From positions 4,173,824-4,237,823 of the forward strand of contig MU054391.1 of assembly GCA_013239625.1 (NCBI GenBank): a stretch of 64,000 bases of DNA, in the 5' to 3' direction. This document shows positions 22,301 through 35,279 of the stretch, in pieces (positions within the stretch are counted from its first letter, which is position 1; each line of letters starts with the position of its first letter). The stretch is from Lama guanicoe. Lineage: Eukaryota. The translations under genes and the position numbers were made by a program. The notes under the pieces are model-generated. The model was given only the letters and a program-made list of their open reading frames with translations, ran no database searches and was not told where the DNA came from.

Positions 22301-25300
22301 TGAATGAGGCCGGAAGCTCCAGGGCTCCGCATCCTTGCTGAGGAATGAGTGCTGCCTGTTGTACTTGCTGTCTTCGGCTGTCCTGAACGGCTCTTTCCTT
22401 CCTGAGCACTAAATATTTATCCTGCACAACCCTCTTCTTGCGCGAACACTTCTCATCCAAAATAAAGCAAAGAAAGCTCTTTCCTATAAATCTGTAAGTT
22501 TTTATTTTCTGGGACACTATGCTGCAAATTTTAAACTTTGGTGACTTTTTTTTTTATGTCTATTGTCATTTTATTCAATTTCAGGGTTTTTTCACTTGCT
22601 CTGTGTTTCAGTGTTATGAATTTATGGCTCCTCTCCACAAGCAAATTTAAGCACCTTGAGACTGAGGCCCATGTTGTGAATGGATCCTGCAAAGTAAAAA
22701 GTCATGTTACACACAAGCTCTGGGTAAGTTCTACTGATCAACTGTAATCTGTTAAAGTTAAAATACGTATATTTTGTATGACCATTCTTTTGTCTTAAAT
22801 TACATTGAGTGGAGCACACATTTATTTTAATTATTCTTAGATGTGAGGAAGAGGTTGAGTTCCTCTGACAGATTGTGAGCAACAAACAGGAAGCAACTCA
22901 TTTTTGAATCTTCAGCACCTGGAACAAAATAGATAATAGTATTTGTTGAGTAATATAATGATTCAGTATGTCTTCAAAGTATATAATGAAAAATAGGCAA
23001 ATTTTGGCCTGCAAATCATCCAAAAAAAGGAGATGTGGCTTCATTTAATACTCAGTCATGGTACCACCTCGAACCCGGACTTGAACGTACTGTAGAAACT
23101 CTCAGTATTAGCCTTTTTCTCTTCACTCATACCAGATGAGGCCTCTTCTCTTCATTAAGAAAGGCTGAAGGATCTGGAATGCTATGACTGCCCGATGCAC
23201 CCACTTGACATAATTCATTCTAGACCAGAGCATTTCGTAAAAAGCTTGGTGTACAAACCTAAACACATCTCTTCAAATACGTAACAGTGCCCTCTTTTCT
23301 GAAAATGTTCTTAGCTGTTTGATTACCTGAGATTTCTAACATTAACTTTTAATGCTAGAAAAAGCAAATATATGGCAGGGAGAGAGGGTGGAAAAATATT
23401 GGATTACAAATGAGAAAGCAAATAAACGTCCAGAGAGGAGACAATATAGCCCGTGACAAAGCTGGCAGACCACTGCTGCTCAGGGGTGCAGCCACTGGGT
23501 GAGTGGGAGCGGAGGCTGACCCCATGGCTGTATTTCGGTTGATCACGTTGTAATTAGGTTCAATTAAAGGGCATAAAGAAGAATTAAAGATGTAGACAGT
23601 GGCAGCTGGTGACTTGGCAGCATGACCTTCGTGCCCTCCCAGGTCTTTATCTCCCCAGTTTTCCTGTCCCCAGTTACAGCCACTGATTAACAGCACGACC
23701 TGGTCAGCCCATGTCCAACTCCTGATGCTCACCTTGTGGAAAGGCCTCCACTCATTTCTTCCCCCGGCATGTGCCATCCTGTCTAAAGGAAGCAAGGCTG
23801 TGTAGAAAACGTAAGAGCTGTGTTGCTGTTCAGGGTTCCACCACCATGATCTCTGTTGATCTTGATGCCACTCAACCTGTACATTTATTTTCTCAGATCA
23901 TATGATGGAGAAGATATACCTAACTCTTCCCGCAGTGTTGTGACAAGGGCCACAAGTAATATTCGGTTGGCATGTCGTAAACCACCCTACTCATGTGAAT
24001 TGCAGTACTGTCTCCTAAGGTGTGTTCTATAATTGTTAGTTATACAGATGTTAACAGGCATTGCCAACAATAGAAGATCCTTTAGTAAAATGGGATGGGA
24101 AGGCCTTGGGGTGAGCAAAAAGTCATCAACATTCCTCTAACGCAGAGCTCCTCACCACCTCCAATGCCAACAGACGCTGCCAGCATCAGCGCAGGAGACA
24201 CAGTAAGAAGGACTTTCCAAAGTGGTTTCATAATAAAAACTGTATTTTTGCCATGTCTCTGGCATCTTGGGCCACTTTAAGTCATGTCTCTGATGAAGGA
24301 ACTGCTTGGAATATATGCATAGGTCCCTGTGAAATCCCTTCCACCTACACAATGAAGTGAAGCTAAAGCCTCCGTCACTGGTGAACAAGACGTTCTCGGG
24401 GGGGTTGTGGGCAGGATGCTGGCCCTTCCCAGTTGGAGCAGTCTGCTTTCGTCCCCAGCAAAGAGTGGTCCCGGGGCTTCTGTGGTCGGCAAAGCAAGTC
24501 TCACTCGAGTTCTGCCCTCCCCCGTGAATAGGTCTATCTCCCCAGCCAGTCCCACTGGCTCCAGGTAGAACAGCCCAGCTTCCCTGTTTGATTTAATAGA
24601 TAGTTAAAAATCAACTCTAAATATAGTGGAGTGTAACTGTGTAATGATATGTTTATGTTCAGTGAGGGGGAAAAAAGGGAAGTGAAAAGAGTAACAGTTA
24701 ACAGTGTCACCTCCTGTTGTGCCCAAACTGTGAGATGTAGGAATTTGATACAGAATGAATAAAATTAAATTGCCGGTCCTTTTCAGCAAGTTTATTTCTC
24801 CAGGCCTTGGCTGTTCTGCTGAAGAACTCAGGATATCACTTGCCGTTGCTTCTGAGGAAAGAAGAGAAAGCTGGTTCCCTGCAGAAGACTTGTGCCTGGA
24901 CCCCCACCCAACAATGCCGCCATATGTAGTAATTTCCCACTCAGCTGTAGCAATGCTGGGAGACCTGCAGGAACTCAAGTTTGAGCAAAGTAAGTCTATG
25001 GTTTACAGCTTGTCCCATCAGTTATGCATTGATGATCAGAGGTCATTCTGGATCCTTGGAGTTGTCACGGTCAGATCCATGATGCCTTGTGAAGATCCCC
25101 CCTGCCTCGTCTCAAACAGGTCTGCTCAGGAGACTTCTGCCAGAATGACTGAGGTTTTCAGACTGTGTTCTCAGCCCATGAGGACACGGAAGGACTCTCT
25201 GTTGTACTTGAAACACCATAGTAAGTTTTACCTCCAACCAAGTCTGCCTCCTTAGTCTTGAACAGGAGGCTCTTCCTAAGATGGCCTCAGTCTCCTCCAG

Positions 25301-25479
25301 CAACCCTGCCTTCTGCCTCTCACCACTCTTTATTTTCCTGCCCCATCAAGCATCTCTAGCTGCACCTCTTTCTCCTCACTTTCTCAGTCTCCTTCACTCA
25401 TTTCTTCTCAATCCTTGTAGGAGTGTCCCAGAACTCCACTCTCTGATCTCTTCTCATTTTTATTAACATCCCCTATTTT

Positions 25480-27001
25480 GATGATCTCCTAAAGTCCCAT
25501 GACATTAAATGTCATCTATAAGCAGTGCCTCCCAAATTAATATCAACCAATAAGAAACCTTTCCTAAGTCCATCTCCAGAGAGACTACGTCCCACTGAAA
25601 ATGCAGTAAGTGTCTCAAACTTAACATTGTGCAGCTAAGTTCCTGATCGTCCTTTTCAAACTGTTCTTCTTGCCAGCTTCCCCCAGCTCAAGAGCTGGTG
25701 ACTCTAATTTTCCAGTTGTGAAAAACTACAGTTTGAGTCATCATTGGGTCCTTTCTCCATCACACTCATTCTCACATTTGAGATTTAAATTATGTACAGA
25801 ATTGAATAATTTTCATCACCTCCACTGATACCACTCTTCTGAAAACCACTCTCATCTCTCCCCTGGATACTGCAATAGCCTCCATCTTAGAATGGTCACA
25901 AAACTGGTCACAGTCTTCAACTCTCCCCACATTCATGACATTTTGCAATATGTCTTTGCATTTGCTGTAAGAGGTCAAGTCCTCACACACACCTGAATCA
26001 AGCCTGTGACTTGGTTGAAATGTGTCCAAGTGCCAACTCTTAGCCTGAGCTTCATTCCACATTTTCTTTTTTAAATCCTACCATTTCCATTTGGATAAGT
26101 CCAGGCCAGTCAACTGGAGGAGAACGTAGTTGTCCCAGCCAAGACCACCCTAGAGCAGCCTGCAGCCGGAGAGCAGGCAAATGTGGGACCGAGCCTATCC
26201 AAGGTCAGCCGAGGAGCCCACCTGTTCCTGTGTGAGTTCAACCAAACCCAAAGAACTACACTGCTAACTTGGAGAGTGATAATGAATGCTTATTGTTTAA
26301 GCTTCTGAGTGTCTGTTATGCAGCACTGTCTAACTGATACAACACCTTAACTCATCTTCCTACTTCTGCTTTTGCTTATCTACTATCCATTCTCAACCCA
26401 AAACCATGAATTATTTTACTAGATTAGAAGTTACATCATCCTACTCTCCCCGTCAAAGCCCTGCAGTGCCTCCTCTTCTCACTTGGAATAAAAGCCAGAA
26501 TTCTTAAAACTGACCATGAGTCTAGCTTGACCTGCATTCTTACCACCTACGACCCCTCTAAATTTGTCTGTTCTTTTTCCTCTTGCTATCTGTGTTCCAG
26601 CCACATCAGCCTTCTCACTGTCCCTCAGATACCACGGGCACATAACTCCTTAGGGCCTTAATGCTGGCTCTACCTAAGGCCTGCATCCCCATAGATGATG
26701 GCTTAGCCCTACTTCTTCAGCATTTCAGTAAGGCCTTCCCCAGGCACCAGTTTACAATGGCAAGGACCCCTAATAACTCCAACATCTTCTGTCCCTATTC
26801 CCTGCTTCATTTTTTTCTCTTCAGCCCTTTTACTTTCCTACCAAACAAACATTTTTATTACTGTCACTCTCCGTATATTCCTATAAGCCTTTGCAGGGCA
26901 GGAGTTTATGTCTGTTTCGTGCACTATGGCATCCTACAACAGTGCCTGACATGAAGTAGGAGCCTACAATTTTTTTAAATGAATGAATGGATAAATGAAT
27001 G
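25480..27001 (+). mobile_element. L2a 3' portion, split by an MLT1 LTR
   Basis: Breaks at CCTGGATACTGCAATAGCCTCC (about 25883), resumes TAACTCATCTTCCTACTTCTG (about 26348), and ends with ACAGTGCCTGACA...AAATGAATGAATGGATAAATGAAT. Confidence 0.85.
25890..26341 (+). mobile_element. MLT1G/H-like MaLR LTR nested in L2
   Basis: Ends ATTGTTTAAG...TGTTATGCAGCA...TAACTGATACA, with internal GTCCCAGCCAAG.CCA.CCTAGA.CAGCC. Confidence 0.75.
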
Positions 27002-27519
27002 TGTAAAGGTGAATCAAGGGAATTCAGTTGCTCTTCCTCCTCCACCTGGCCCCTCCTCCCTCACCCCCCACCCCCAGATACCATTTATGTGAAGCCTTTA
27101 CTGTTAACTTTCATTTGTTTTGTTACAGTAATACTGCCAACTCTGCAGCACTTGGCACGTGGTACATAATTCTCTTCTAATACATGACACATCGTGTTGG
27201 AAAGGTTCAAATTCTACCTACTCGAAAAAAAAATTCTCTAGTCTCTTGCAGCCTTCTCCTCTAAACATTTAAACTGTCTGATGCTTATTTAAATCAATAT
27301 GTTACCTTATCATCTTTTGTCCCCCACGGGCTGCTTCCGGTTGTGCTAAGCTTGTCTCGTCAATTAGACACTGAGTTATCTGCATATTTCTGGGTTCCCC
27401 AAGTACAGTGGCCTGAACACTGCTGACTGGTACAAACCTCCTGCATATCCTTCATGAAAAGGTACCCTGATAAATAAGAATACTAAAAAGAGACAACAAA
27501 TAACAAGAAGTTAATGTAG

Positions 27520-28380
27520 CCTGAGGTCTCGTTTTTGAATGTTATCCAGTCTTTTCATAAAGAACTTTGTTGAAAATACAGAAGACAGGTTACCTAGACA
27601 TGGAAAGAGCAAACAGCAATTATTCAGAAGTCAGAGAGTTCAGTAGATTGGATTCTAGGGCAAAACTAGAGAGGAACTCTAACAAGGACAAATATGAAAT
27701 CCCATGTTTAAGTCCAAGCAACCAATAGTACAGGGACCAGAACAGGGAAAACCTGAGGATGTTCATTGTATGTAAGGTGAAAAAAAAGGTCCCTGGCTTT
27801 GGGGAATTTCAGGATCAGAAGTATCTCCAGCATGAAATAACGATTACAGAAAAAGCAGTAAACAACATTAGGAAACAACACAGTCCAGAACAAAAGAGGA
27901 AATGATTTTGTGCCAATCAAGCCACATCTGGAGCATTCTGTTTAATTATGGGTGTCGCATTTTAAGATGTTGAAAAACTGGAGCGCGTGGAGAGGAGGGG
28001 GGAGACTGTGAGGTGGTTTGAGAACTGGGCCATGGGCAGATTGGCTAAATAATTTGGGGAAGCATTGTCTGGAGAAAAGTGGCAAAGCAAGTTTTCAAAT
28101 ACCTCGAATAGAAAGGCTTAATCTGGGCAGGTGGCTGGGAACGGTCGAGAGCCCTGCTGAGGAAGGGAGAGGAGGCAGTCTACCTTTGGCGTGCAGAGGG
28201 CCACCATCCCCGGACGGGAGCATGCAGTCCCATGAGAGCACGAGCCCCCTGCACAGCCAGCATAAAGGCAGGGGGCACTATCTCCCCAGGGGGGCTGTAG
28301 TGAGGGTTCTGGAGTGTGGGGGAGCCGGGGCGAGGTGAATCCTTGGAAACCCCAGCCCTCCGAAATTCTGTGATCCTGAG
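27520..28380 (+). mobile_element. L3/CR1 LINE 3' fragment
   Basis: CCACATCTGGAGCATTCTGTTTAATTATGGGTGTCGCATTTTAAGA...AAACTGGAGCG.GTGGAGAGGAGGG resembles the CR1 ORF2 C-terminal region (PHLEYCVQFW..HFKKD..KLE.VQRR). Confidence 0.75.
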
Positions 28381-28939
28381 TATTTCATTGAGACTGTTTA
28401 GAACAAGCCAAGATGATGATGGGGCTTTGTCTTGTGAAAGTCTGGGGCTGTGGCTGTAGGCGCTGGTCTAATGCCAGTCGAGGACACTGAAAGGGACATT
28501 AGCGATGCAGGGGATGGAGGCAGATTGCCTGCAAGTCAGATGATTCTGATTCTGGTCCAAACTGATCAACAGGACTCAACTTTCTCAAGCGTAAAAAGGT
28601 GTGTGTGGGGGAGGGGGATGTCTTCCTGGTCATTACGGGGCTGCTGTGAATTCTGGGTAAGATCATGTGTGTGCATGGTCTTCAATAGGGTAAACATAAT
28701 AAAGACTATGTTTATGTATTTATGAAGTGATCACTTCATTTCTAATTTTGTAATAATTTTAAGCAGGATGGATCAGAACTTCAAAGCATTTACAAGTTCT
28801 CTAATGATACTTTGGCCTGAAATACAAAAGACTCATCTGGGTGATGGTAAACTTAGAATAATTTATCACTGGATGAGAGGCTCTGTCCTGTAAGATGCAG
28901 GAGAATGGGTCGGTGCCAACCTAGATACAGTTATCTCAC

Positions 28940-29420
28940 AACAGGGCTGTGTCCTCAAGTCCAGATCTGGGTCATAAAAAGATCAAAACAAATGGAAGTA
29001 AATCTAACAAAATTAAACTTAACATGGTGGAAAATCATGTATTATACCTGATTCTAAGAAAACACCTGAATCTCAGACAGGTGAAGACTACATTTCAGAG
29101 TTTCATCTGTCATACATTTAGTCAGTTGAATGTAAGTCAACACTGAAATTTAGTTCCCATGGATAATAAGATATTTTAGGCTACATTAATAGAGATATAA
29201 TTTTTTAAAAAAAATTTAAAGGCCATAGTTAAATTTTACTTTGTATTGGTTGAGCTGCTTATTCACTTCTGGGCATTCCAATTTTAAAAGATTTTTGACC
29301 CTTAGGAACCTACACTAAGAAGAGTACCATAATGTAAACCTGGAATTATTAGCATGAAGGATGAGGAGGATTTTTACCCACAAAGAACTGAAGACTTAGA
29401 TGTTCAGAGAACAACCTGGG
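28940..29420 (+). mobile_element. Second L3/CR1 fragment
   Basis: GTTGAATGTAAGTCAACA...TTTTAGGCTACATTAATAGA...TTCACTTCTGGGCA..CCAATTTTAA resembles L3. Confidence 0.6.
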
Positions 29421-29562
29421 AAGATTCGGGAGTGGCAGAGAACTGCTTACCCGGACCTGGGGACAGTGTCTCATCAAGGCAGTCACACCTGCTAAGCAAT
29501 CACTGAGGGCCGCCCCTCTTAATTTTCCAATATTTGAACATGAACAGGCATACACACGAAAA

Positions 29563-29566
<4 letters not shown>

Positions 29567-29600
<34 letters not shown>
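29567..29600. repeat. (CA)17 microsatellite
   Basis: Read directly from the sequence. Confidence 0.98.
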
Positions 29601-29602
<2 letters not shown>

Positions 29603-31129
29603 ATGTCTTTTAAAATTAGCAGTAAGTTTCAGCTGAAGGTCCTTTGTCGTCATCTGGACTTGGAAAATAAATGTTCTTTTAAAAGAGAAGGTAACCCACA
29701 GAAATGTAGCTCTGTCGCCTATAAACAGAACCTTCCACACTGTTATTCACTGCAGTTTAAATCCATTCCAGAAGAGAGCCTTTGCTCCACATTGGCATCT
29801 AGAAGTCCTTGGGGTGGTCTTCCCAGAAGAAAAGCACGGTCTGAAGCAGAGATAAAGGCCGGCCTCCACCGGGGAGGAAGCACTGTACTGCTTGCAAATT
29901 TTAAAGAGAGTTTCTGGCTTTTCATCCCAGGTTCAGAAATGCTGGGGTCCATTCTCAGCCTGGGTCACTTTTTCATCTGTAATCAGTGTGGAGAAAAGAG
30001 TGGGTGGTCACACCAGGGGCAAACTCAGTGCTTTGCAAGCAGACAAGGCAATGGCCACGCCTCTGTGCTTCGATCACCAGCTTACTCCTCTGCTCGCCAT
30101 CTGTGGCTCAATCTGCCTGTTACGCTGGTGGAGGAAAAGACGGGAAACAGGTAAATTTAAACGTGGATGAACTGGAAGATCATTCCCCCACAGTGGGCCT
30201 GTGTTCTGGTGAAGAGAGGGAGGCACCTGTTAAAGTAGAAAATGACTGGAACTGAAGATGTTGGACAGAGGTCTGGAGAGAATGGAATCCAGGAGACGGG
30301 AGCTCGGGGAATGTCGAGGCGAGAAGGGGCTGCAGTTCAGGTCACAGGGCCCGCCTCCCGTCGCGTGGTCTGTTGTTCTTGATCCTTCCCACGTCCTGGT
30401 TCAGGCTCCAGAATGAATGGTCTGGAAGCACTGCTGACTTCCTTAGCACCAGTCTCTTCCCAAATTAGGGCCGCCTCATAGGAGCCCATTTCCCTGATGG
30501 CATGCTTGGTAGCAACCACAGGAAGTCATCCTTTTGGGAGGTGGAGGGGAGCTTGGTGACTCTGGACCCCCTCTCTGAATCCCACATGGATATGCTCGCT
30601 GTGGTACAGAGGACAACCCCACGCTTCCGGGCTGTTTTGAACAAGGACTTCCAAAGCAGCAACTGGCAGCTAAGCCATTCGGACCTCTGCTAGTCGCATA
30701 AACCTCAGTCTCTTCCTATTTGGGCTACAGCTATGTGACGTCACTTTATTTTTTCTCTAACGCTGCTCAAAGAGGGGGTGGCTATTGGGTTCCTCCATCT
30801 GGGTTTGGAGAGCTTCTCCTCTTGTCTGGGATCATGCCGTGTTACAGGTCTTTGATAGATATGAGATCTGCGTCCTCTCCTTCCTTCTTTTCATCATCCC
30901 TTACTCTTCCCAGGACTCATTTAGCACCTGCCTGTTCCTTATAACTATACGTGGGGTGATTGTGAGTACTGATGGAGAGAAAAATCCAGCATCATCAGCT
31001 AGGCGCTGGCAAAGAAAGTAGCCACCATTTAGTGTGTGTGTATGTGGGGGAGCTGACACCAACATTCCTATCAACTCCCTTCACCCCTCATCCTCTCTTG
31101 ACATAATATAAAGCACCTTGGCATCTAGC

Positions 31130-31310
31130 ATCTCGTTGTATCCTTGTAAGGATAAGTGAGGTGGACTATTTTATTGTCCCCATCATACTGATGGAGAAAC
31201 TGAGACCCAGAGAGGCTAAGGAAATTAAGTAAAGCTAAACATCTAGGAAGGACTGGACTTGGGAGTTGCATGTTCTTGTGTCTCACTCCCCTGCCCTTTC
31301 CACCCCATGT
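31130..31310 (-). mobile_element. MIR
   Basis: ATTTTATTGTCCCCAT...GATGGAGAAACTGAGACCCAGAGAGGCTAAG core. Confidence 0.8.
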
Positions 31311-31599
31311 CACAGCCTAGTGGACTCAGCGTCAGGAACAGTGTTGCTGGGAGATGAATATTTCCACATCACCAACTTTGTGCAAAGCACTTTCCGTATG
31401 CGGTCTCAGTCAGTCCTACCAAAATGCGGTGTTTCTCCCTCCATTTTTCAGATGCAAAGAATCAAGACTTAAGAGGGAAAAGCAACACATCTGAGGGCAT
31501 GTTGTTGGTCTAGAGTCAAGACGCAGTCCCAGCTCAGACCCACAAGCCACCCCACGCCACCTGCCCGTGGCGCAGTCAAGCTCAGTGCCCCAGGGAGCT

Positions 31600-32050
31600 G
31601 TTCTGAGTGGAAGGGCTGCGGGAGTCTGAGGAGCCCCCACCCCCGCCAGGGGCAGCCTGGGCAGATGTCCCGGAGAAAACGGGGTCGGCCGTGGCAGCCG
31701 TCCAGCTCTGACAAGTGTGCATCCTGGGGCGGGGGGCGGGGGTGGTCAGTGTTGGCGAGAAAAAGCACAATCACTCCTTATTTCCCCTTCCGGGTGACTG
31801 CAAGAACAAGGTCTCACAAACAGGTTCCACCTTGAGCCTCAGGCTGGCAGGAGGAGAGGGCGGCTGGTGATGCCTGGAGGGGCGGGCCTGTGCCAGGCTG
31901 CGCTGCCCTGAGGGCCGGGGTGGACGGGTGGTGCCGGCCCTCCGCTGACCACCTGCAGAGGCAGCCCCGACTTTGTCCCAGATTCGGCTGAGCGCTCCCG
32001 AGCGCTCTCGCCTTTCCTCCCTCCCTCCCCCCATCACCATAACATGCCCT
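31600..32050. promoter_or_regulatory. GC/CpG-rich block with tandem GC boxes
   Basis: GGGGCGGGGGGCGGGGGTGG at 31726-31745, GGGGCGGG at about 31878, and several CpGs. Confidence 0.5.
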
Positions 32051-33929
32051 TTGCTTCATAGTGGCCCCTGAGTTGCCACCACAGCGACTCTCTGATTCAC
32101 AAGAATCGTGTGTTTAGTCCGGCGGGGATACCTATAATGGGAGGGGGTGGGGGTGGGGAGACCGCACATTTCACCATTTCCATCTCGATGAGGAGCGAAC
32201 AAAGAGATAATTATAAACTGTTTCTCTTATTGTTGCACTTGCATTAGACATGTGCATCTCCCTCTCCCTCGCTCTCCTCTTTTTTTTTTTTTTTTTGCTC
32301 CACAGAAAAGTAATTCTGTTGTGGAGCTGGTACCAGGTGCATGGGGTGACCTCACACACACCAAATCGGGAGCTGACATCCATCACACTTTGAAATTTTG
32401 GATTTCATCATTTCCTGATCTTTCTAAAGGGATCACAGCACCTGGCCCTCACAGCTGTAGTTCATTTAGAAAGCAATTTAAAAACCGAGAAAAAAGCAAA
32501 TGACATCTTGCTGCCTCAGCCTTGTCATTAAGTATAGCAGAATGGCCTTCATTTATGAGGCACATGGCTAAGAATTAATATCTTTCAGGGCTTTCTCGAG
32601 TAGAAATTACAAAAGGTTTGAAAGACCACTAAATAATTAGTGGTATGACTGAGGCAAGCAAAAAAAAGGGGGGGGGGGAAAGAAATCCCTCTTTTTCGTT
32701 CTACAGAAGAAAATCGGAAATTACACTGACTTTAGTGTATCCTGGGGTGGGGAGTCATCGCCGCGCACCCTTTGTGATCCACGTTCTGCGCGCTCCTGTG
32801 CTTCTTTGGCCCTCGCAGGCACACCCCACACTCCCCAGGGAGAAGTGTTGGGCTTCTCCAGACACTGTACATCCATCAGAAGTAAAAAGAATTAATATTT
32901 TCTTTTTTTCAAATGCTTTGCTCTGAATGGCCGTGCACACCCTGAATTCAGATGCTCTGACCATCCTAAAGTTATCTGATGGACTTCTTCACTCCTCCCC
33001 TTCTTCGGCAGCCAGCCCCTTTAGACCAGGGTGGTGAGGACCATTAATCCCCTGGGGAGCCACGGTAACATGGCAGAGCACCAGAGCACCATGGTGGGGT
33101 TCCAGTTTCTCCAAAATTTTCACTCTTATGCCACAGGAAATTTGGAAAACTGCTTCCCCCCTCTGGGTCTCAATTTCCTTCATCTGTAAAATCAATGGGT
33201 TAAAAGCCGTGATTCCTGGAATCCCTTAAGGAGCAAAGATGCCAGTACCCTGAGCTGGGTTTCTGAGAACCACTCAGAAATCAGCTCAAAAGTCTTGCCA
33301 GTCAACTCTAGGGTGCGGTTCTTGGTCCCAGACGTCAGACACATTGAGAATAAAGCGCTAAATTGTGTGCCCAATAGTGTGCCCAAGCGAGTAGGCGGGG
33401 GAGCTCCCGCAGATCCCTGTGGCTGCGCTGTGGCAGTAGCAGTAGCCTGTTCTTAGCTTTGCAGGAATCACTCTGGTTGAATTCCCGGGATGGTGTCAAC
33501 TCGGTCTGCCCCAACCCCTGGGGTTAGACAGCCCCTCTACTCTCACCTGCACCCCACATCCACTCATACCTCTTCTGTGTCATTGGTATTTAGCTCATCA
33601 AGGTTGAATTGTCCTGCCAACTAGGTGTTTCCCAATGTTCATTAAAAACGTATGGGCCCCTCAGTGCACCAGGACATCTGCTGGAAGAGAAAAAGAATAT
33701 GTATTTCCAACACCATGCTGGAAACATGCATGCTTTTGGAGCCATCCACACATCGCACAGTTCAGTTCTCACAACCACCACATGAACTGGGTTTTATAAT
33801 CCATCTTTTATTAGCAGAAGACCAGGCTGATGCTGGTTAAGGAGCTCTCTGGGATGGACTGTACTATCATGTCTGGCTGTTCACTTGCCGTCCTAGGAGA
33901 CTTTAGAACCTGGTTCACTCTCGTGTGAC

Positions 33930-34290
33930 TTGCAGTGCCTTAGTGTGTGGGGGACGCACCCTTTCCCCACTAGTGTCGCATGTGGCCACATGACTTCTTT
34001 GTCCAATTGAAAGCGAGCCAACGTGTCAGATGCCTCGTTCAAGCAGCAGTTTAAATCTATTTTGTGTTTCCCCCAGTTCTTGCACTTTCTCTCTGCCGAC
34101 AGATGGCATGTTCCCACATGACTGCTCCCCGAGCCTGGGTCCTCCAACAAGATGTGCAGAGTGGAACTCAGGCAAGACACAGAGGTCATTCGGCAATGTG
34201 AGCATGAAGTAGCTATTTTTATTTGTAAGCCACACATATTGTTTTTAGCATTATTACCTCGACAGAACCCAGTGAAAGCTAGCCAGTGCC
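33930..34290 (+). mobile_element. MLT1I/J-like MaLR LTR
   Basis: TGGCCACATGACTTCTTTG.CCAAT.GAA...CTGCTCC...AGCCTGGGTCC...ATGTGAGC...TTGTAAGCCAC. Confidence 0.75.
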
Positions 34291-35279
34291 TTTGCCCAGT
34301 GTCTTAAGGCAGTGTCTGCTGCACTGATATCATTTAAATTATACATTAAGTTCTGATTGACCTGTGGTTCTATAGAAAAATACAGCAGACATTGTCAATA
34401 AATTTCTTTGAAATGTACAAAATATAATATAAGAACTGCTAGATCACATGGTAGATAACTTCTTGCTCTACATGTGAGGCATAAAACGATCATCCACCCG
34501 GAAAGCGGATTTCTCTTAATCTGCTCACACCCTTGTGTGAATAAGAGACACAGTCACGACTTTAAGAGACACACAAATATGCAATAGCTTCTTGAATGGA
34601 CAAGGAAGGGATTGGCACTAATTCACCTCCAGCTTAGAGACTGTAATCAACTCCAACTTTAAATACCTCCTACGCAGAGAGCTCTTGTCTTTTCCTTTAT
34701 TATTTATTCATCTGTGTATTTATTTATGTTTAAGGAGTCAGTTGGTTAGTTTCCAGACAACCGTCAAGAGGTGTCAACAGAAGAGCCACTTAGGAGGGTC
34801 TTTCTCATAGATTCTATGTGTGCATTAGTTCAGCCAAAAGTTATATCCACTTTCAAAAGGGCAAAATCTCGTCTACTGTAGGAGACCAACCCTGTTAGGT
34901 CACCTAAGAAGGAGGGGTTTCCTGGAATGTGAGGCGTCCCGTGATGAAAACAGGGGCGTTCCAGGCAAGCGGGGATGTTTGGTCCCCACGTGTGGCACAC
35001 AGCTTTCTGCCGGCACATTCTCCTCAGGCTCCCCACTCGCTCTGTGTCTCCTGTAAAGCTCAACTACTCCCTCATCCGTGAAGACTTCCTTCCTCTGACC
35101 ACATTCCACACTTACAATGAGTTTGTTCTCAGAATGGAGACAAGCGCCCACAATCCCCTCATCCACTCAGAGGTCGGTACAGGCATTCTGTTTGACGCTG
35201 TTCTTTGTGCCATTTATCGTTTTTGCTGGCAATCCCCTCACTGATGATGGATTAAGAGGGTTCTGATCCGTTAGCTCAG

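Noticed and set aside
22911..22930. REST/NRSE-like TTCAGCACC
   Set aside because: The right half-site GGACAG is missing, and the context resembles an L2 3' end.
29534..30154. 206-aa ORF
   Set aside because: Runs through a (CA)17 repeat, has a TTG start and shows no protein-like features I recognise.
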